Assembly (NCBI GenBank): GCA_963797555.1
Contig: CAWCPV010000004.1
Span: 640,001-704,000 of the forward strand
Length of the DNA: 64,000 nucleotides
Direction: 5' to 3'
Source: an uncultured Gammaproteobacteria bacterium
GTDB taxonomy: Bacteria; Pseudomonadota; Gammaproteobacteria; CAWCPV01
Part shown: positions 19,317 through 30,331 of the stretch, piece by piece
Layout: every line of letters begins with the position of its first letter
Numbering within the stretch: position 1 is the first letter of the stretch
Notes under the pieces: generated by a model
The model's input: the letters and a program-made list of their open reading frames with translations, nothing else
Told to the model about the DNA's origin: nothing
The model's database searches: none
Program-made: the position numbers and the translations under genes

Positions 19317-19520
19317 CTACGCCGGGACGACGTTGGTGGCAGCCGGACCCTTCGGGGTCGTCTCGGTATCGAACCTCACCTTCTGACCTTCGGCCAACGA
19401 CTTGAAGCCGCTGCCTGCGATGGCGGAGTGATGCACGAACACATCCTTGCCGCCGTCGTCCGGGGTGATGAAGCCGAATCCCTTACTGTCGTTGAACCAC
19501 TTGACCGTTCCTGTACTCAT
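19317..19520 (-). CDS. cspA: Cold-shock protein
   Basis: [24 protein letters not shown]; 67 aa. Confidence 0.97.
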   Translation of the reverse strand: MSTGTVKWFNDSKGFGFITPDDGGKDVFVHHSAIAGSGFKSLAEGQKVRFDTETTPKGPAATNVVPA

Positions 19521-20004
19521 CGGAAGAACCTCTGCAATATTAGTGAAGTAGAGGCTCGTGAAGGCAGTTTCTTGGCACAGAGGCTGCGGGAGTGACCACT
19601 GTTGAACAGGAGGGACTTCCGAGACGGTATCAGGACAAGGAACTGCACGGACGGCACTATACCCCGAGTCCTTTGAGAAAGCTAGTCTCTTCCCTAGCCC
19701 CGAACGGGACTTGTCCGGAAGGGCCTACCCGACCGCGAGATCCCAAAGCAACCGTGGCTATCGGGCCGCGCAGCAGATTCATCCTCGAGCGTTCAGACGC
19801 AGAGCCCGAACAGACGGGGTAAAGCAGTGGCCGCGGATGGTCGGTTAGTTGCCGTGTACGTCCACATCCCCGGGCTTCCGGCGCCGTTGACGGACGTGTA
19901 CGGGGAGCCCTGCTCACAGATGCGACCCCACCCCGGCGCTCGCAGGGAGTCTGACGCCGACGAGCTACGGCGCTTCGCGGTCAGGGGCGAGGCAGCCAAG
20001 GACG

Positions 20005-20232
20005 TCAGCGCTGACCCGATGGGGGCAGGGCCTGCACGTGCAGGTGCACGCCGACGCACCCGAGGTCACGGACCTTCCTCAATGCGTCCTCAGGGTCTCT
20101 CGCGACGACGATGTAGTCGATCGGCACCGGGATGTGCTCCCGCCCCGCGTATCCAACACCGTATACCTTGTACATGGCCCATACCGTCGTGTAGTTGAAG
20201 TCCTGCAGATCCTCAAGCATCTCCCGTGCCAC
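20005..20232 (-). CDS. Small hypothetical protein
   Basis: Protein-like composition and GC3 bias; no motif recognised. Confidence 0.4.
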   Translation of the reverse strand: MAREMLEDLQDFNYTTVWAMYKVYGVGYAGREHIPVPIDYIVVARDPEDALRKVRDLGCVGVHLHVQALPPSGQR

Positions 20233-20410
20233 TCGTCTATCGTCGCATCCGATCGCGGGCCGGGGACGCCGGGCGACCCTGCCGGCTTAACCCAAGGGGA
20301 CAGAGAACGGGTGAGGGATACGCGCAACGCAACTCCACCGTGCCAAATGCGCACTGCGGCTGCACCGTCTGCGGCCGTCCGACACTTACGGCAGGGGCGG
20401 CAAGATGGCG

Positions 20411-23400
20411 TCAACTTCCGTCCGGAGTCTTCGGCCCGGCTGCTCGCCGGCCGCGGCGCGCGGAAGTCGGGGGCCGTTTCCGCCGGGCTGGACTCAGGCC
20501 GAACAGGCCGGGAACGAAGCGGCCCGGCTCGCCGCCCGGGGTCGACGCGAACAACGCTCCCGCGATCCACTCGCCCAACTTGCGGTAGCTCTCCCACTGC
20601 GCCTCGTCGAAGAACTGGTCGGCGGTGGTCTCCTGCGGGAACGCGGGGTGGTTGGCATGGTACTGCACGATGTCGGCCGGCTCGTCGCCCATCAGCGTGG
20701 GCTTGATGTAGAGCAGCCACGACTCCGCCTCCGGGCGGTCTTCGTAGCGCACCTCTGCCAGGGCCGCGCGGGCCGTGGACAGACCTGTCTGCTCGGGGGC
20801 CCTGAGGACATATCTCTCCCGGCGTTCCTGCGAGTCCCCGCTGTCGGGGACCAGCGACTTCTCCCATTGTCCGCGCCGCAGGTTCTGGAGGGATCCGAAG
20901 TGCCTCCTCAGCCTCGGGTCGATGCGCTGCTCCAGCTCGTCGTCGTCCAGGAAGCGGACCTCGGCCTGGAAGTCCAGGCGCGCCTTGCGTACCAGGTTGG
21001 CCAGTCCCTCGAACAGGTAGTCGCCATCGGCCTCCGCGTCGACCACGACGATCACCGGCAGCCGGCGCCGGATCAGCTCGTAGGCCCCCATGTTCTCGAA
21101 GTGCCCGCCGTCGGAGAGGTACCAGTGCTGCCGTGCGGTGCCGGGGAAGCGCGCCAGGAACTCTTGCAGGAAGAAGGATTGCATCCGGAACGCCTCTCTC
21201 AGCCATCGGGCTGCCCGCGCCCCCAGGCTGCGGGGCCGCGCAGACGGCCGCCGCTGCACGTCGGTGCCCGAGTTCCACCAGTAGCCCAGCCGGATGTTGC
21301 CGAAGCCTGCCAGCAGGCTGAGCCCCAGGCTGGTGCGCGCGCCGAGGCCGGTGGAGAAAGCCGCTCCGGAGATGCCCACCCACTGCCCTAGAGACAGGAC
21401 CTCGGCCTTCAGCTCGCGCTGCTGGTATTCGAAGACCCGATAGGAGCCTTCTTTGGCCTCGGGGTAGATCACAACGGGCCGGGGAACCTTGCCTTGCGGC
21501 TCTGCGTCGGCGAACACTGCATGGTGACGGACGCCCACGCTGACCCCCGCCGGCCCCAGCGCCATGCCCACCCCCTTGCGGTCCTGCTGCTCGATTCTGG
21601 GACACCCCGTCCACGGTCTCGTTGATGGTGACGTTGAGGAGGTGGATGGGCGCTCCCTTGTCGTAGGCGCTGCCGCTCCTGCCGGACGGCGCCGGGGAGG
21701 CCCAGTAGTGCACCAAGTCGATGTCGTCCTCGGGGATCACGTGGGTCACGGCTCCGCTCGGCCCGCTGCGGCACGGATTGGAGGCTCCCAAATAGGCTCG
21801 GGTAAGGCGCGCGCTATATAGCGGATGTTCGGAGGACCAGTTGAGGAATGGCCAGGAGCGCCCGAACGCCACGGAGAACGCCAGGACGATCGCCCACGCT
21901 AGCAGCGGTGCTACCAGATCGCCCCGTCCGGATCGGGAAGCCGTCGGTAGGCAGTCGGCACACTCAGGCGTACTGCTGTGGGCGGCCTGCGTGCGGGCGG
22001 TCCAGCCCTCGCCGGTCTCGGAAGGGGCGATGAGCACCGACCTCGCGGTGAGGATCTGCGGTGCCTCCGCTTTTCCGAGGGCTGCGGGTCGTCCCGCGGG
22101 CGCGGCGAAATCCCAGGCCAGGGCATGGGAGAAGCCGTCCAGGGTGCCGAGGACCAGCGTCATGATCGACGAACGCAGCCGCCGCTGCGAGGAGACTGAC
22201 GGGGACCCGGGGCCGTTTGCTGGTCCCCGTACCGCCGAAGAGCACGACGACCTGCCGGGCAGAGGCCGCCGCGCCCACCAGGATTCCGAACACGGCGGTC
22301 GCCCACGCGCCGAGGCTGGAATCGGGCCCCACGACCACGGCATACGCGGTCTGGCCGATGGAGTCGACCAGCGCCAAGGCCGCGGCCGCTCCGGTCCAGA
22401 CCATGGCGCGCCTGAGCTGTGATGAGATCCAGTGGCGCGCGTGCGAGTCCTCGAAGAGAGACCGCTCCGGCGAGCTGCGGGTCATCTGCCGGCGCGCCGC
22501 TTCGGCGCCGGCCACGCGTCGTGCTCCCTCGGACCACAGGGCCGCCAGCAGCCCGCCGAGCAGTGCCTCTGCGGACAGGGCGCGCAGGATCGCGTGCTCC
22601 TCCGGCAACAGCAGGACACCGGTGAAGCCGATGAGGAGCGCCATCCCCAATCCCCACGCCGGGTCGAGGCTCCAGCGCACCTCTGCCATCTTTACCTTTG
22701 GCACCAGCATCCAATAGGCCCAACCCACGGGGACCGCCCACAGGGCGAATGCCGCAAGGACCACGAGCACATAGGGACTCCACCACAGCCATGTCTGCCC
22801 CCCCGGCATGTGGCAGCCCAGGACATCGTTCGCCCAGGTCATGAATGCGGGAAAGTTGACCTCGGCGACAGCGCGCAGCAATTGCGCCGTGAGGAACACC
22901 ATCAGGACCAGGCTGGCCAGGACCACCTGTACGGCGACCCAGTTCCTCATCAGCACGGCGGCCCCGAGCAGCAGGTCCCCGGCGCCGCGCGGTGACAGGT
23001 ATCGGCCGTTTTCCCGCAGCCAGCGGAATACGTCGGGCGGGTGGCGGCACTCGGGTGGTGCGCCGCCCTCGTCGCTGCTGGGGGCGGGGCCGGCAGGCGG
23101 GCTTCCGAGCAGCATCTTCTCGGCATCGGCCACGTCGCTGACATAGTGGCGAGTGAACAGCCGGCCCAGGAACGATCCGAAGTAGCCGCCGCCCGAGACC
23201 GTGGAGATGTAGTCGATGCGGCCGAGAAGCTTGAGCCGGGCGAGGGCCTGGAACACCCCCAGACAGAACGTCGCGCTGCGGATGCCCCCTCCCGAGAGAG
23301 CGAAGCCCACGCGTGCCGCGTCGGCGTCTACCTTGGCGGCTTGCCGGCGCCTGGCGATTAGCCGATGCTCTCGCTCCCGCAGCTCAGGCGGACAGGCGAC

Positions 23401-23433
23401 GTCGAAAGCGTCGGGACGGGTGGTGGCGGGCAT
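20411..23433 (-). pseudogene. Large membrane patatin-like phospholipase, 2 frameshifts (about 22160 and 21600)
   Basis: SGGGIRSA, STVSGGGY, LSDGGHFENMG, FPQETTADQFFDEAQWESY across three frames. Confidence 0.85.
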
Positions 23434-23731
23434 AGGACAATCCTCCCAGTTGTTGTTTCGTTCTAAGGGTCCCACGAAACCACGATGCGGACCAAAGCAT
23501 AGCCCAACGCTGCCGGATGGGGTAACCCGGCGAGTCCCGTAGAGGCGGCGCAAGGCCCGTTCGAGCCGCGGGGCCAAAGGAGCACGGCTACGAATCCCGC
23601 AAACATGACATCGCCCCCCCGACCCGTGCCGCGGCGCTTCCGGGGCCTTGCGTCCGGGACCGGCTTTGCTAAGGTAGCCTCGCAGCCGATGGAATGCCGA
23701 GCGCGTCGCGCTGGCTCTGGGAGGGCTGAGC

Positions 23732-24364
23732 ATGAAAGCGATCAGCAGGACCTTTCTCACCGGTCTCGTCACCGTCCTGCCAGCGGTGGCCACCTTTTAT
23801 GTCCTGTTTTGGCTTGCGCGCTCCGCCGAGTCGTTTCTCGGCGGACTCCTACGCCTCGTGCTGCCGCACGCCCTGTACTTCCCGGGTCTGGGGGTCGCTG
23901 CCGGCGTGGCGGTAGTCTTCGCGGTCGGGCTGGCGATGCGGACCTGGGTCGTCCGCGGACTGTTTGCCTGGGCCGAAGGGGTGGTGTTCCGGGTGCCACT
24001 GGTGAAGTCGCTGTACGGTGCCATCCGCGACTTCTTCGGCTTCATCTCGGGGCGAGGTCAACAGGGGATGCGGCAGGTCGTGGCGGTGCCCCTGGGGGAC
24101 AGCGGCATGGAGATGATCGGCTTCGTGACGCGCACGGATCTCGGCGTGCGCACGACTGGGTCGGTCGAAGGAGACATGGTGGCGGTCTATCTGCCCATGG
24201 GGTACCAGCTCGGGGGCTTCACCGTGTTGCTGTCCCGCTCGGCGGTGCGGCCGCTGGAGATGTCCGGGGAGGAGGCCATGCGCTTCGTGCTCACGGCGGG
24301 GATGACCACCGGCCCCCAGACGACCGGCCGTCCGCAGGCCTCGCGTCCTGCAGAGACGCCGTGA
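23732..24364 (+). CDS. DUF502 membrane protein
   Basis: FLTGLVTVLP, RVPLVKSLY, IGFVT, VAVYLP. Confidence 0.9.
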   Translation: MKAISRTFLTGLVTVLPAVATFYVLFWLARSAESFLGGLLRLVLPHALYFPGLGVAAGVAVVFAVGLAMRTWVVRGLFAWAEGVVFRVPLVKSLYGAIRDFFGFISGRGQQGMRQVVAVPLGDSGMEMIGFVTRTDLGVRTTGSVEGDMVAVYLPMGYQLGGFTVLLSRSAVRPLEMSGEEAMRFVLTAGMTTGPQTTGRPQASRPAETP

Positions 24365-25578
24365 GCGACGCCGCCACGCCCGATCGGCAGGATGCTTCGG
24401 CGAGGCCGGAGGCGGACGAAGATCTGATCGGGCAGTGCCGCCGCCGCTCGCTGGCTCTGCTGCGTCTCAACACCACGCCCCACGGCATCCTGGCCGCGAC
24501 GCGCACTGCCCAGTCCGAGCGTCGGCACTACGCGCACATCTTCGGGCGCGACGCGGCGGTGTGCGCCCTGGGGATGGCGGTCTCCGGCGACGCGGCTCTC
24601 AGAGAATGTGCGCGCAACAGCCTCCTGACGCTCGCGCACTATCAGGCCGAGAACGGCCAGTTGCCGAAATACGTGGATGCGGAGCAGGGGACCGCCGACT
24701 TCTGGTACTTCGGCTGCATCGACGCCACACTGTGGTGGCTCATCGCCGTGAAGCTGCTCTCGCGGCTCGCTCCCGACTGCCCCATCGAGCACGAGGTCGG
24801 CCAGCGCATCGAGCGGGCCATCGCCTGGCTGCGCTGCCAGGAGCATCAATCCCTATACCTGCTGCAGCAGAACGAGGCCAGCGACTGGGCCGACATCATG
24901 CCGCGCTCCGGGTTCGTTCTTTATACGAACGCGCTCTGGTATTACGTCAAGCGCCTGTATCACCTGTCCCATCGGGAGGAGACCCATTACTTCTTCAACC
25001 ACTTGTTCTTTCCCTTCTCCGGCCACGTCACCGACCAGCGGCGCGCCCGGTTGCTGATGCACTACGTGCGCAACAAGGCCCGACGCACCGATGCGTATCT
25101 CAGCTTCGTCAACTTCTCCTTCTGGGGCGAGGAGGGCGACGTGTTCGGAAATCTGCTGGCGGTCCTGCTGGGGCTCGCCGGGGACGGGCAGGCGAACAGG
25201 GTGATGCACGCACTGGAGCAGGCCCAGGTGGCCACTCCCTACCCGGTGCGCGTCGTCTGCAAGCCGATCCGCAAGGACAGTGCCTTGTGGCGCACGTACA
25301 TGCTGCGCCATCGCCAGAACCTGGAATACCAGTACCACAACGGTGGGATCTGGCCGTTCGTGGGCGGCTTCTGGGTGATGGCCCTGGCGCGGTTGGGCAG
25401 GGCCAGGGCGGCCCGCGCGGAGCTGGCGAAGCTGGCGCAGGCGAACCGCGTCAAGGACTGGCAGTTTATCGAGTGGCTCCACGGCAAGACCCTGGAGCCC
25501 CGCGGCATGGCGGGCCAGTCCTGGAACGCGGCGATGTTCCTGCTGGCCGATCACGCCCTGCGCGAGAGAGTGTTCTGA
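24361..25578 (+). CDS. GH100/amylo-alpha-1,6-glucosidase-like (alpha/alpha)6 glycoside hydrolase
   Basis: IFGRDA, IDATLWW, DWADI, YHNGGIWPF, QSWNAA. GTG start overlaps the DUF502 stop. Confidence 0.85.
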   Translation: MSDAATPDRQDASARPEADEDLIGQCRRRSLALLRLNTTPHGILAATRTAQSERRHYAHIFGRDAAVCALGMAVSGDAALRECARNSLLTLAHYQAENGQLPKYVDAEQGTADFWYFGCIDATLWWLIAVKLLSRLAPDCPIEHEVGQRIERAIAWLRCQEHQSLYLLQQNEASDWADIMPRSGFVLYTNALWYYVKRLYHLSHREETHYFFNHLFFPFSGHVTDQRRARLLMHYVRNKARRTDAYLSFVNFSFWGEEGDVFGNLLAVLLGLAGDGQANRVMHALEQAQVATPYPVRVVCKPIRKDSALWRTYMLRHRQNLEYQYHNGGIWPFVGGFWVMALARLGRARAARAELAKLAQANRVKDWQFIEWLHGKTLEPRGMAGQSWNAAMFLLADHALRERVF

Positions 25579-25938
25579 AGAGGCTCGTGAATCGTGAACA
25601 GATGGGCTGCGCGTCCCGGTAGCGGCGTCCGGCGGTGGTCATCGGGGCGTCCTGCGGACGTGCCGAATGGCTGTCCTGCCATTCGGTCGCTAGCTCCGTG
25701 CGCCTATGCTCGCGGGCCGCTCGCGGCGATCTCTTCACAGGCCCTGAGGGGTGGCTAGCCAGCGCCGAGTGCGCCCGGTTTGCAGGGCGGCGACGGCCGG
25801 GATAGAGTTTGTGCACTTGCGCAGCCGCGGCGCTCCTGAGACGGCCTGCGTTCACCACACGGACGGCGGCACGGCGTGCGGGGCAGTCCGCGTCGCATGC
25901 CCGCCGCGGGTCGCCTCCACTGCCGGAGGGGAGATGAG

Positions 25939-27492
25939 ATGGCCGAGAACAACAAGCTCTTGGGTGTGCTGCGCTTGGTGCCCCGCGTCCGAGCACCGGG
26001 CAAGGAGTCCATGGCGCGCGGTGCGGGCCTGCTGCTGCTCCTGGCCTTGGCGGCGGGCGTCCCGGGCTTCGTGTGGTTCGTCTGCCGCATCGAGCCCGGC
26101 CCGGATCAGATCGCCATCCTCATCGCCAAGACCGGGCGGGATCTGCCCGCCGGCCAGATCCTCGCTCTCGAGCCTGGGCAGAAAGGTATCCAGTTGGCGG
26201 TGCTTCCCGAGGGCCGCTACTTCCGCAACCCCTATGACTGGGACTGGGAGATCCGTCCCGTCACCGACATCCCGGCCGGCAAGCTGGGAGTGCTGACGCG
26301 CCTGTATGGAGACAACCTGCCGCCCGGCCGCATCATCGCCACCGAAGGCACCAAGGGCATCGTCGCGGACGTGCTGCGGCCAGGCAAGTATCGCATCAAC
26401 CCGTACGCCTACCATGTCGAGCTGTTCGACGCCCTGTCCATCCGCCCCGGTGCGGTGGGCGTGGTGACCTCCCTGGTGGGCCGGGACGTGCTGAATGACG
26501 GCCTGCCTCCCGAGGCGCGCAATACCTTCCTGGTGAAGGCAGGGATGAAGGGGGTGGTGGCCGACGTCCTGGATCCCGGGACTTACTACCTGAACCCTTA
26601 CCTGGTGAACGTGGTGGAGGTGAACCTGCGCAGCCAGCGCTTCGAGATGAGCGGGGACGACGCCATCACCTTCCTCACCATGGACGGCTTCAACGTCCGC
26701 GTGGAGGGCACCCTGGAGTTCAGCATCGAGCGCGACAAGGCGGCGCTGCTGACCCACCGGGTGGGCGACATGGACGACGTGCTGAAGAAAGTCATCCTGC
26801 CCCGCGCGCGTGGCTTCTCGCGCATCGAGGGCAGCAAGCACCCCGCCATCAACTTCATCGTGGGGGAGACCCGCCAGCAGTTCCAGGACAACCTGGAGCA
26901 GCATCTGCGCGAGAAGACCGAGGACTGGGGCGTGGCCATCAAGTCGGTGCTGGTGCGCAACATCGTGGTTCCGGACGCCATCGCGAGCATCATTCGCGAG
27001 CGCGAGGTGGCCGTGCAGAACGCCCGCAAGTTCGAGCAGCAGATCGAGCAGGCCCGATCCATGGCCGAGCTCACTCGCCAGGAGATGCTGGCGCAGCAGA
27101 ACAACGAGAAGGTGCAGGCCCAGACCGCGCGCATCCGCGCCGTCATCGGCGCCAGGCAGGATCTGGCGGTGCAGGTGACCGGCGCCGAGCGGGAGCGTGA
27201 GGTGGCGAAGCTCGACAACGAGGCTGCCGCCTTCCAGGCAGACGCCCTGTTGGCGAAGGCGCAAGCCGAGCGCGACGTGATACGTCTGGACAACCAGGCC
27301 AAGGCCGGGGTCATGGCGACCCAGGTGAAGGCCTTCGGCTCCGGGACCAATCTGGCCCGCTATCGGCTCTACCAGAAGCTCGGTCCGCGCATCGAGTCCA
27401 TCCTCAGCAGCGACGACGGCCAGAGTCTGGGCGGCTTGTTCCGCTCCTATCTGCCGGCCCCTGTGCCGGCCTCGGCGGAGGCCAAGCCATGA
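25939..27492 (+). CDS. SPFH/Band-7 protein with three N-terminal repeats
   Basis: TM helix; 3x KG..VL.(E/P)G.Y..NPY; T.DGF SPFH core; AxA coiled coil. Confidence 0.88.
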   Translation: MAENNKLLGVLRLVPRVRAPGKESMARGAGLLLLLALAAGVPGFVWFVCRIEPGPDQIAILIAKTGRDLPAGQILALEPGQKGIQLAVLPEGRYFRNPYDWDWEIRPVTDIPAGKLGVLTRLYGDNLPPGRIIATEGTKGIVADVLRPGKYRINPYAYHVELFDALSIRPGAVGVVTSLVGRDVLNDGLPPEARNTFLVKAGMKGVVADVLDPGTYYLNPYLVNVVEVNLRSQRFEMSGDDAITFLTMDGFNVRVEGTLEFSIERDKAALLTHRVGDMDDVLKKVILPRARGFSRIEGSKHPAINFIVGETRQQFQDNLEQHLREKTEDWGVAIKSVLVRNIVVPDAIASIIREREVAVQNARKFEQQIEQARSMAELTRQEMLAQQNNEKVQAQTARIRAVIGARQDLAVQVTGAEREREVAKLDNEAAAFQADALLAKAQAERDVIRLDNQAKAGVMATQVKAFGSGTNLARYRLYQKLGPRIESILSSDDGQSLGGLFRSYLPAPVPASAEAKP

Positions 27493-29237
27493 GCGCTCCC
27501 GTGAGGAAAGTGATCGTCGCCGGGCCGTTGCTCGTACTCGCTGCCGCGGCACTCTGGGGCGTCTGGGTCTGGGGCTTTTGCCGTTTCTATGTCCCCCCGG
27601 ATCACATGGCGGTCATCACCGCCAAGACCGGTGAGGCGCTGCCTCCCGGTCAGATGCTCGCGCGGCCTGGGCAACAAGGCATCCAGGAGCAGGTCCTGGC
27701 GGAAGGCCGGCACTTCCGCAACCCGCTCTTCTACGACTGGACAATCCTGCCCGTCCTCCGGGTGCCGCCCGGCAAGGTCGCCATCGTCACCTCGAAGGTG
27801 GGAAGCGAGCTGCCGGAGGGCGAGTTCCTGGCTGCCCAAGGCCAGAAGGGGATCTGGCGCGACGTGCTGGGGCCCGGCAAGTACCGCCTGAATCCGTATG
27901 GCTACCGCGTCGAGCTGGTGGACGCCCTCAGCATCCCCATCGGCTACGTGGGTGTGGTGACGGGACTCTCCGGGGCGCAGGCCGCGCCGGGGGAGTTCGC
28001 GGGGCCGGGGCAGAAGGGAGTGCGCAAGGACGTGCTGCAGCCGGGGCTCTACTACGTAAACCCCAAGCAGCTGCGCGTGGACGTTCTGGAGATCGGGGTG
28101 AACCAGGTCTCGCTCCTCGGCAAGAAAGGCGGCGAGGTGATCACCAAGGCCCAGATCGTGTCTCAGAACGCGCCCATGGACGAGCTGCAGAAGCGGGTGC
28201 TCGCGGAGCAGAAGGAAAAGCGCATGGGTTACCTGGCACAGCGGGCGCAGGTCGCCCAGGAGAAAGCCGAAATGGCCGCGGCGCCGAGTGAGCGCGGCGG
28301 GGTGGCCGCGGGAGTTCCCAAGCCCATCGTGCCCCCGAACGCCACCCTGAGCCTCGACCAAGTGGTCGAGTTTCCTTCCCGGGACGGCTTCGAGATCAGC
28401 CTGGACATGAGTGTCGAGTTCGAGCTGCTGCCCGAGCACATCGCCTCGATCTACCAGAGCTACGGCGATCTGCCCGCGGTGGTGGACAAGATCATCATGC
28501 CCCAGATCCTCTCGGTCTCCCGGCTCAAGGGCTCCGCCTACCGGGCCAGGGACTTCATCGTGGGGGAAGGGCGCGAGAAGTTCCAGAACGACTTGACCGA
28601 GGCGCTGGCACGGGTCCTGGCGGGACGCCACATCGTCATCCACAACGCCCTCATCCGCCACGTGAACGTCCCCGCGCAGATCCTGGAGCCCATCCAGCAG
28701 GCGAGCGTTGCCGTGGAACAGGACCTCACCAACAAGGAGAAGCAGAACACCGCCCGCAAGCAGGCCGAGCTCAACACCGAGGTGAGCCTCATCGACCAGG
28801 CGCGGGAGCAGGTGGCCCAGGAGACCGAGAAGCTGAGGGCCGAGATCCGGGCCGATCAGGACAAGCAGGTGGCCGAGATCCGGGCCGAGGCGCAGAAGCA
28901 GGTGGCCGAGATCGCCAAGCAGACCGCGCTCGTTGCTGCGGAACGGGTGCGCAAGCTCGGTCAGGCCAAGGCCCAGGTGGTGACCCTGGTGGACGGCGAG
29001 AAAGCTGCCGGAGTCGCCCTCAAGTCCGCCGCCTTCGGCGACCCCGAAGCCTACACGTTATGGGAGTTCGCCGACGGCCTCAACGGCGGCGTGCGCATCC
29101 GCATCCTGCACTCCGGCGAGGGCACCCTTTGGACGGACCTGGAGAAGGCGACCCTGGGGGAGCTAGGCGGGGCGGAGGTGCTCAAGGGGCTGAGCTTGCC
29201 GCCGGCGGTCGGGTCCGAGAGTCCGAGGGGGCGGTGA
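27489..29237 (+). CDS. SPFH/Band-7 protein, paralog of the upstream gene
   Basis: Same triple repeat, FPSRDGFEI core and coiled coil; ATGA overlap with the upstream gene. Confidence 0.88.
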   Translation: MSAPVRKVIVAGPLLVLAAAALWGVWVWGFCRFYVPPDHMAVITAKTGEALPPGQMLARPGQQGIQEQVLAEGRHFRNPLFYDWTILPVLRVPPGKVAIVTSKVGSELPEGEFLAAQGQKGIWRDVLGPGKYRLNPYGYRVELVDALSIPIGYVGVVTGLSGAQAAPGEFAGPGQKGVRKDVLQPGLYYVNPKQLRVDVLEIGVNQVSLLGKKGGEVITKAQIVSQNAPMDELQKRVLAEQKEKRMGYLAQRAQVAQEKAEMAAAPSERGGVAAGVPKPIVPPNATLSLDQVVEFPSRDGFEISLDMSVEFELLPEHIASIYQSYGDLPAVVDKIIMPQILSVSRLKGSAYRARDFIVGEGREKFQNDLTEALARVLAGRHIVIHNALIRHVNVPAQILEPIQQASVAVEQDLTNKEKQNTARKQAELNTEVSLIDQAREQVAQETEKLRAEIRADQDKQVAEIRAEAQKQVAEIAKQTALVAAERVRKLGQAKAQVVTLVDGEKAAGVALKSAAFGDPEAYTLWEFADGLNGGVRIRILHSGEGTLWTDLEKATLGELGGAEVLKGLSLPPAVGSESPRGR

Positions 29238-29352
29238 GGGCAGCCTGCGCTCGAAAGAGCCCTCCTGGCGTGGGGTATGAGCCGCGGGAGCCTCGTGCGT
29301 CGGGTGGGCCATACCAAGACCACGAGGCTTAAACGGCAGGGCGCGGGGGACG

Positions 29353-29400
29353 GGTCTCACATTCCCTCACTGACCACCGCCAAGCAGTGCCGGGCCCCGG
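29353..29400 (+). repeat. About 48-bp dispersed repeat (second copy 61894-61940)
   Basis: GGTCTCAYATTCCYTCACTGACCACCGCCAARCAGTGCC..GCCCCGG. Confidence 0.8.
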
Positions 29401-29572
29401 AGGAGTACTGTCACAGGGAAAGCCCGCCGCATGCCGTTAGGGAGTCTCATCAGCGATAGTACTCGGAGTGTGGGAAAGCCCACTACAAGGGGAAGGACCT
29501 CACGGAAGGACGCAGCTTTACAGGAAACTTGCGCCGGACGGCGTCGGCCGGAGAATGCAAGCGAACCTCACT
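29401..29572 (+). mobile_element. Group II intron 5'/internal ribozyme remnant (DII-DIV)
   Basis: GGGAGTC..ATAGTAC..GTGGGAAAGCCCAC.ACAAGGGGAAGG..AGGAAACT pattern recalled from intron DIII. Confidence 0.55.
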
Positions 29573-29574
29573 CC

Positions 29575-29865
29575 AGCCATTGCTACGCAGGCCGCTTATA
29601 TCAGGCGTTGGGCGCCACGACTCGGCCCGCCCACTGCTCGCGCCACGGGGATCTCAAGATGAGCGTTCAACTAGACCACGCGATAGTTCCATCCCACGAC
29701 AGGAAAGCTGCGGCAGAATTGCTCGCCACCCTCCTTGGCGTCCCTTGGGCAGAGTCCGGAGTGGGTCCCTTCTGCCCTGTCTATGTGAACGAAGGATTGA
29801 CCCTCGACTTCGACCAAGCCGAGGGCCTCTTTCCCGTACAACACTATTGCTTTCGAGTGAGTGAG
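29575..29865 (+). pseudogene. attC right arm plus truncated VOC/glyoxalase cassette (ATG 29659)
   Basis: ..CCGCTTATATCAGGC GTTGGGC, then MSVQLDHAIVP..LTLDF..QHYCFRVSE, fused to the integrase fragment. Confidence 0.7.
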
Positions 29866-30292
29866 GTGACTTCTCGAATGGGCCGCGCACCGATCCAGGG
29901 GAACACGTCGCGCTCTAGGCGTCGGATGATCTTGCTGGAATGACTCGCAGCCCAGGTCGGCGCGAACTTGACGAACCACTCCCGCGCCACGGCTGCAAAG
30001 GTGTTCTCCACCCTGTCGGCCTGCAACGCCTTCTCAGCCTTGCGTGCCGCAGCGGGATCGACTCCCGATGCGAGCAGCTTGCGCGCCTCATCCCGTCTAT
30101 CCCTGGCATCCTTCAGGGACACATCCGGGTACACGCCGATGGCAAGCGTCTTGCGCGTGCCTATGAACCGGTAGTCCAGCCGCCAGTATTTGTTCACGGA
30201 CTCACCAGCAGGTACAGCCCCTTCTCGTCGGTGAGCTTATAGGGCCTGTCCTTGGGCTTGGCGTTGCGAGCTGTGGTATCGGTGAGCGACAT
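29866..30292 (-). pseudogene. P4-like integrase N-terminal fragment
   Basis: MSLTD..NAKPKDRPYKL..GLYLLV / YWRLDYRF..GVYPDVSLKDAR. Frameshifted, with no catalytic domain. Confidence 0.88.
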
Positions 30293-30331
30293 GGCGGTAT
30301 CTTCCCAGGGACGCGGATTGATCTTGCCGCT

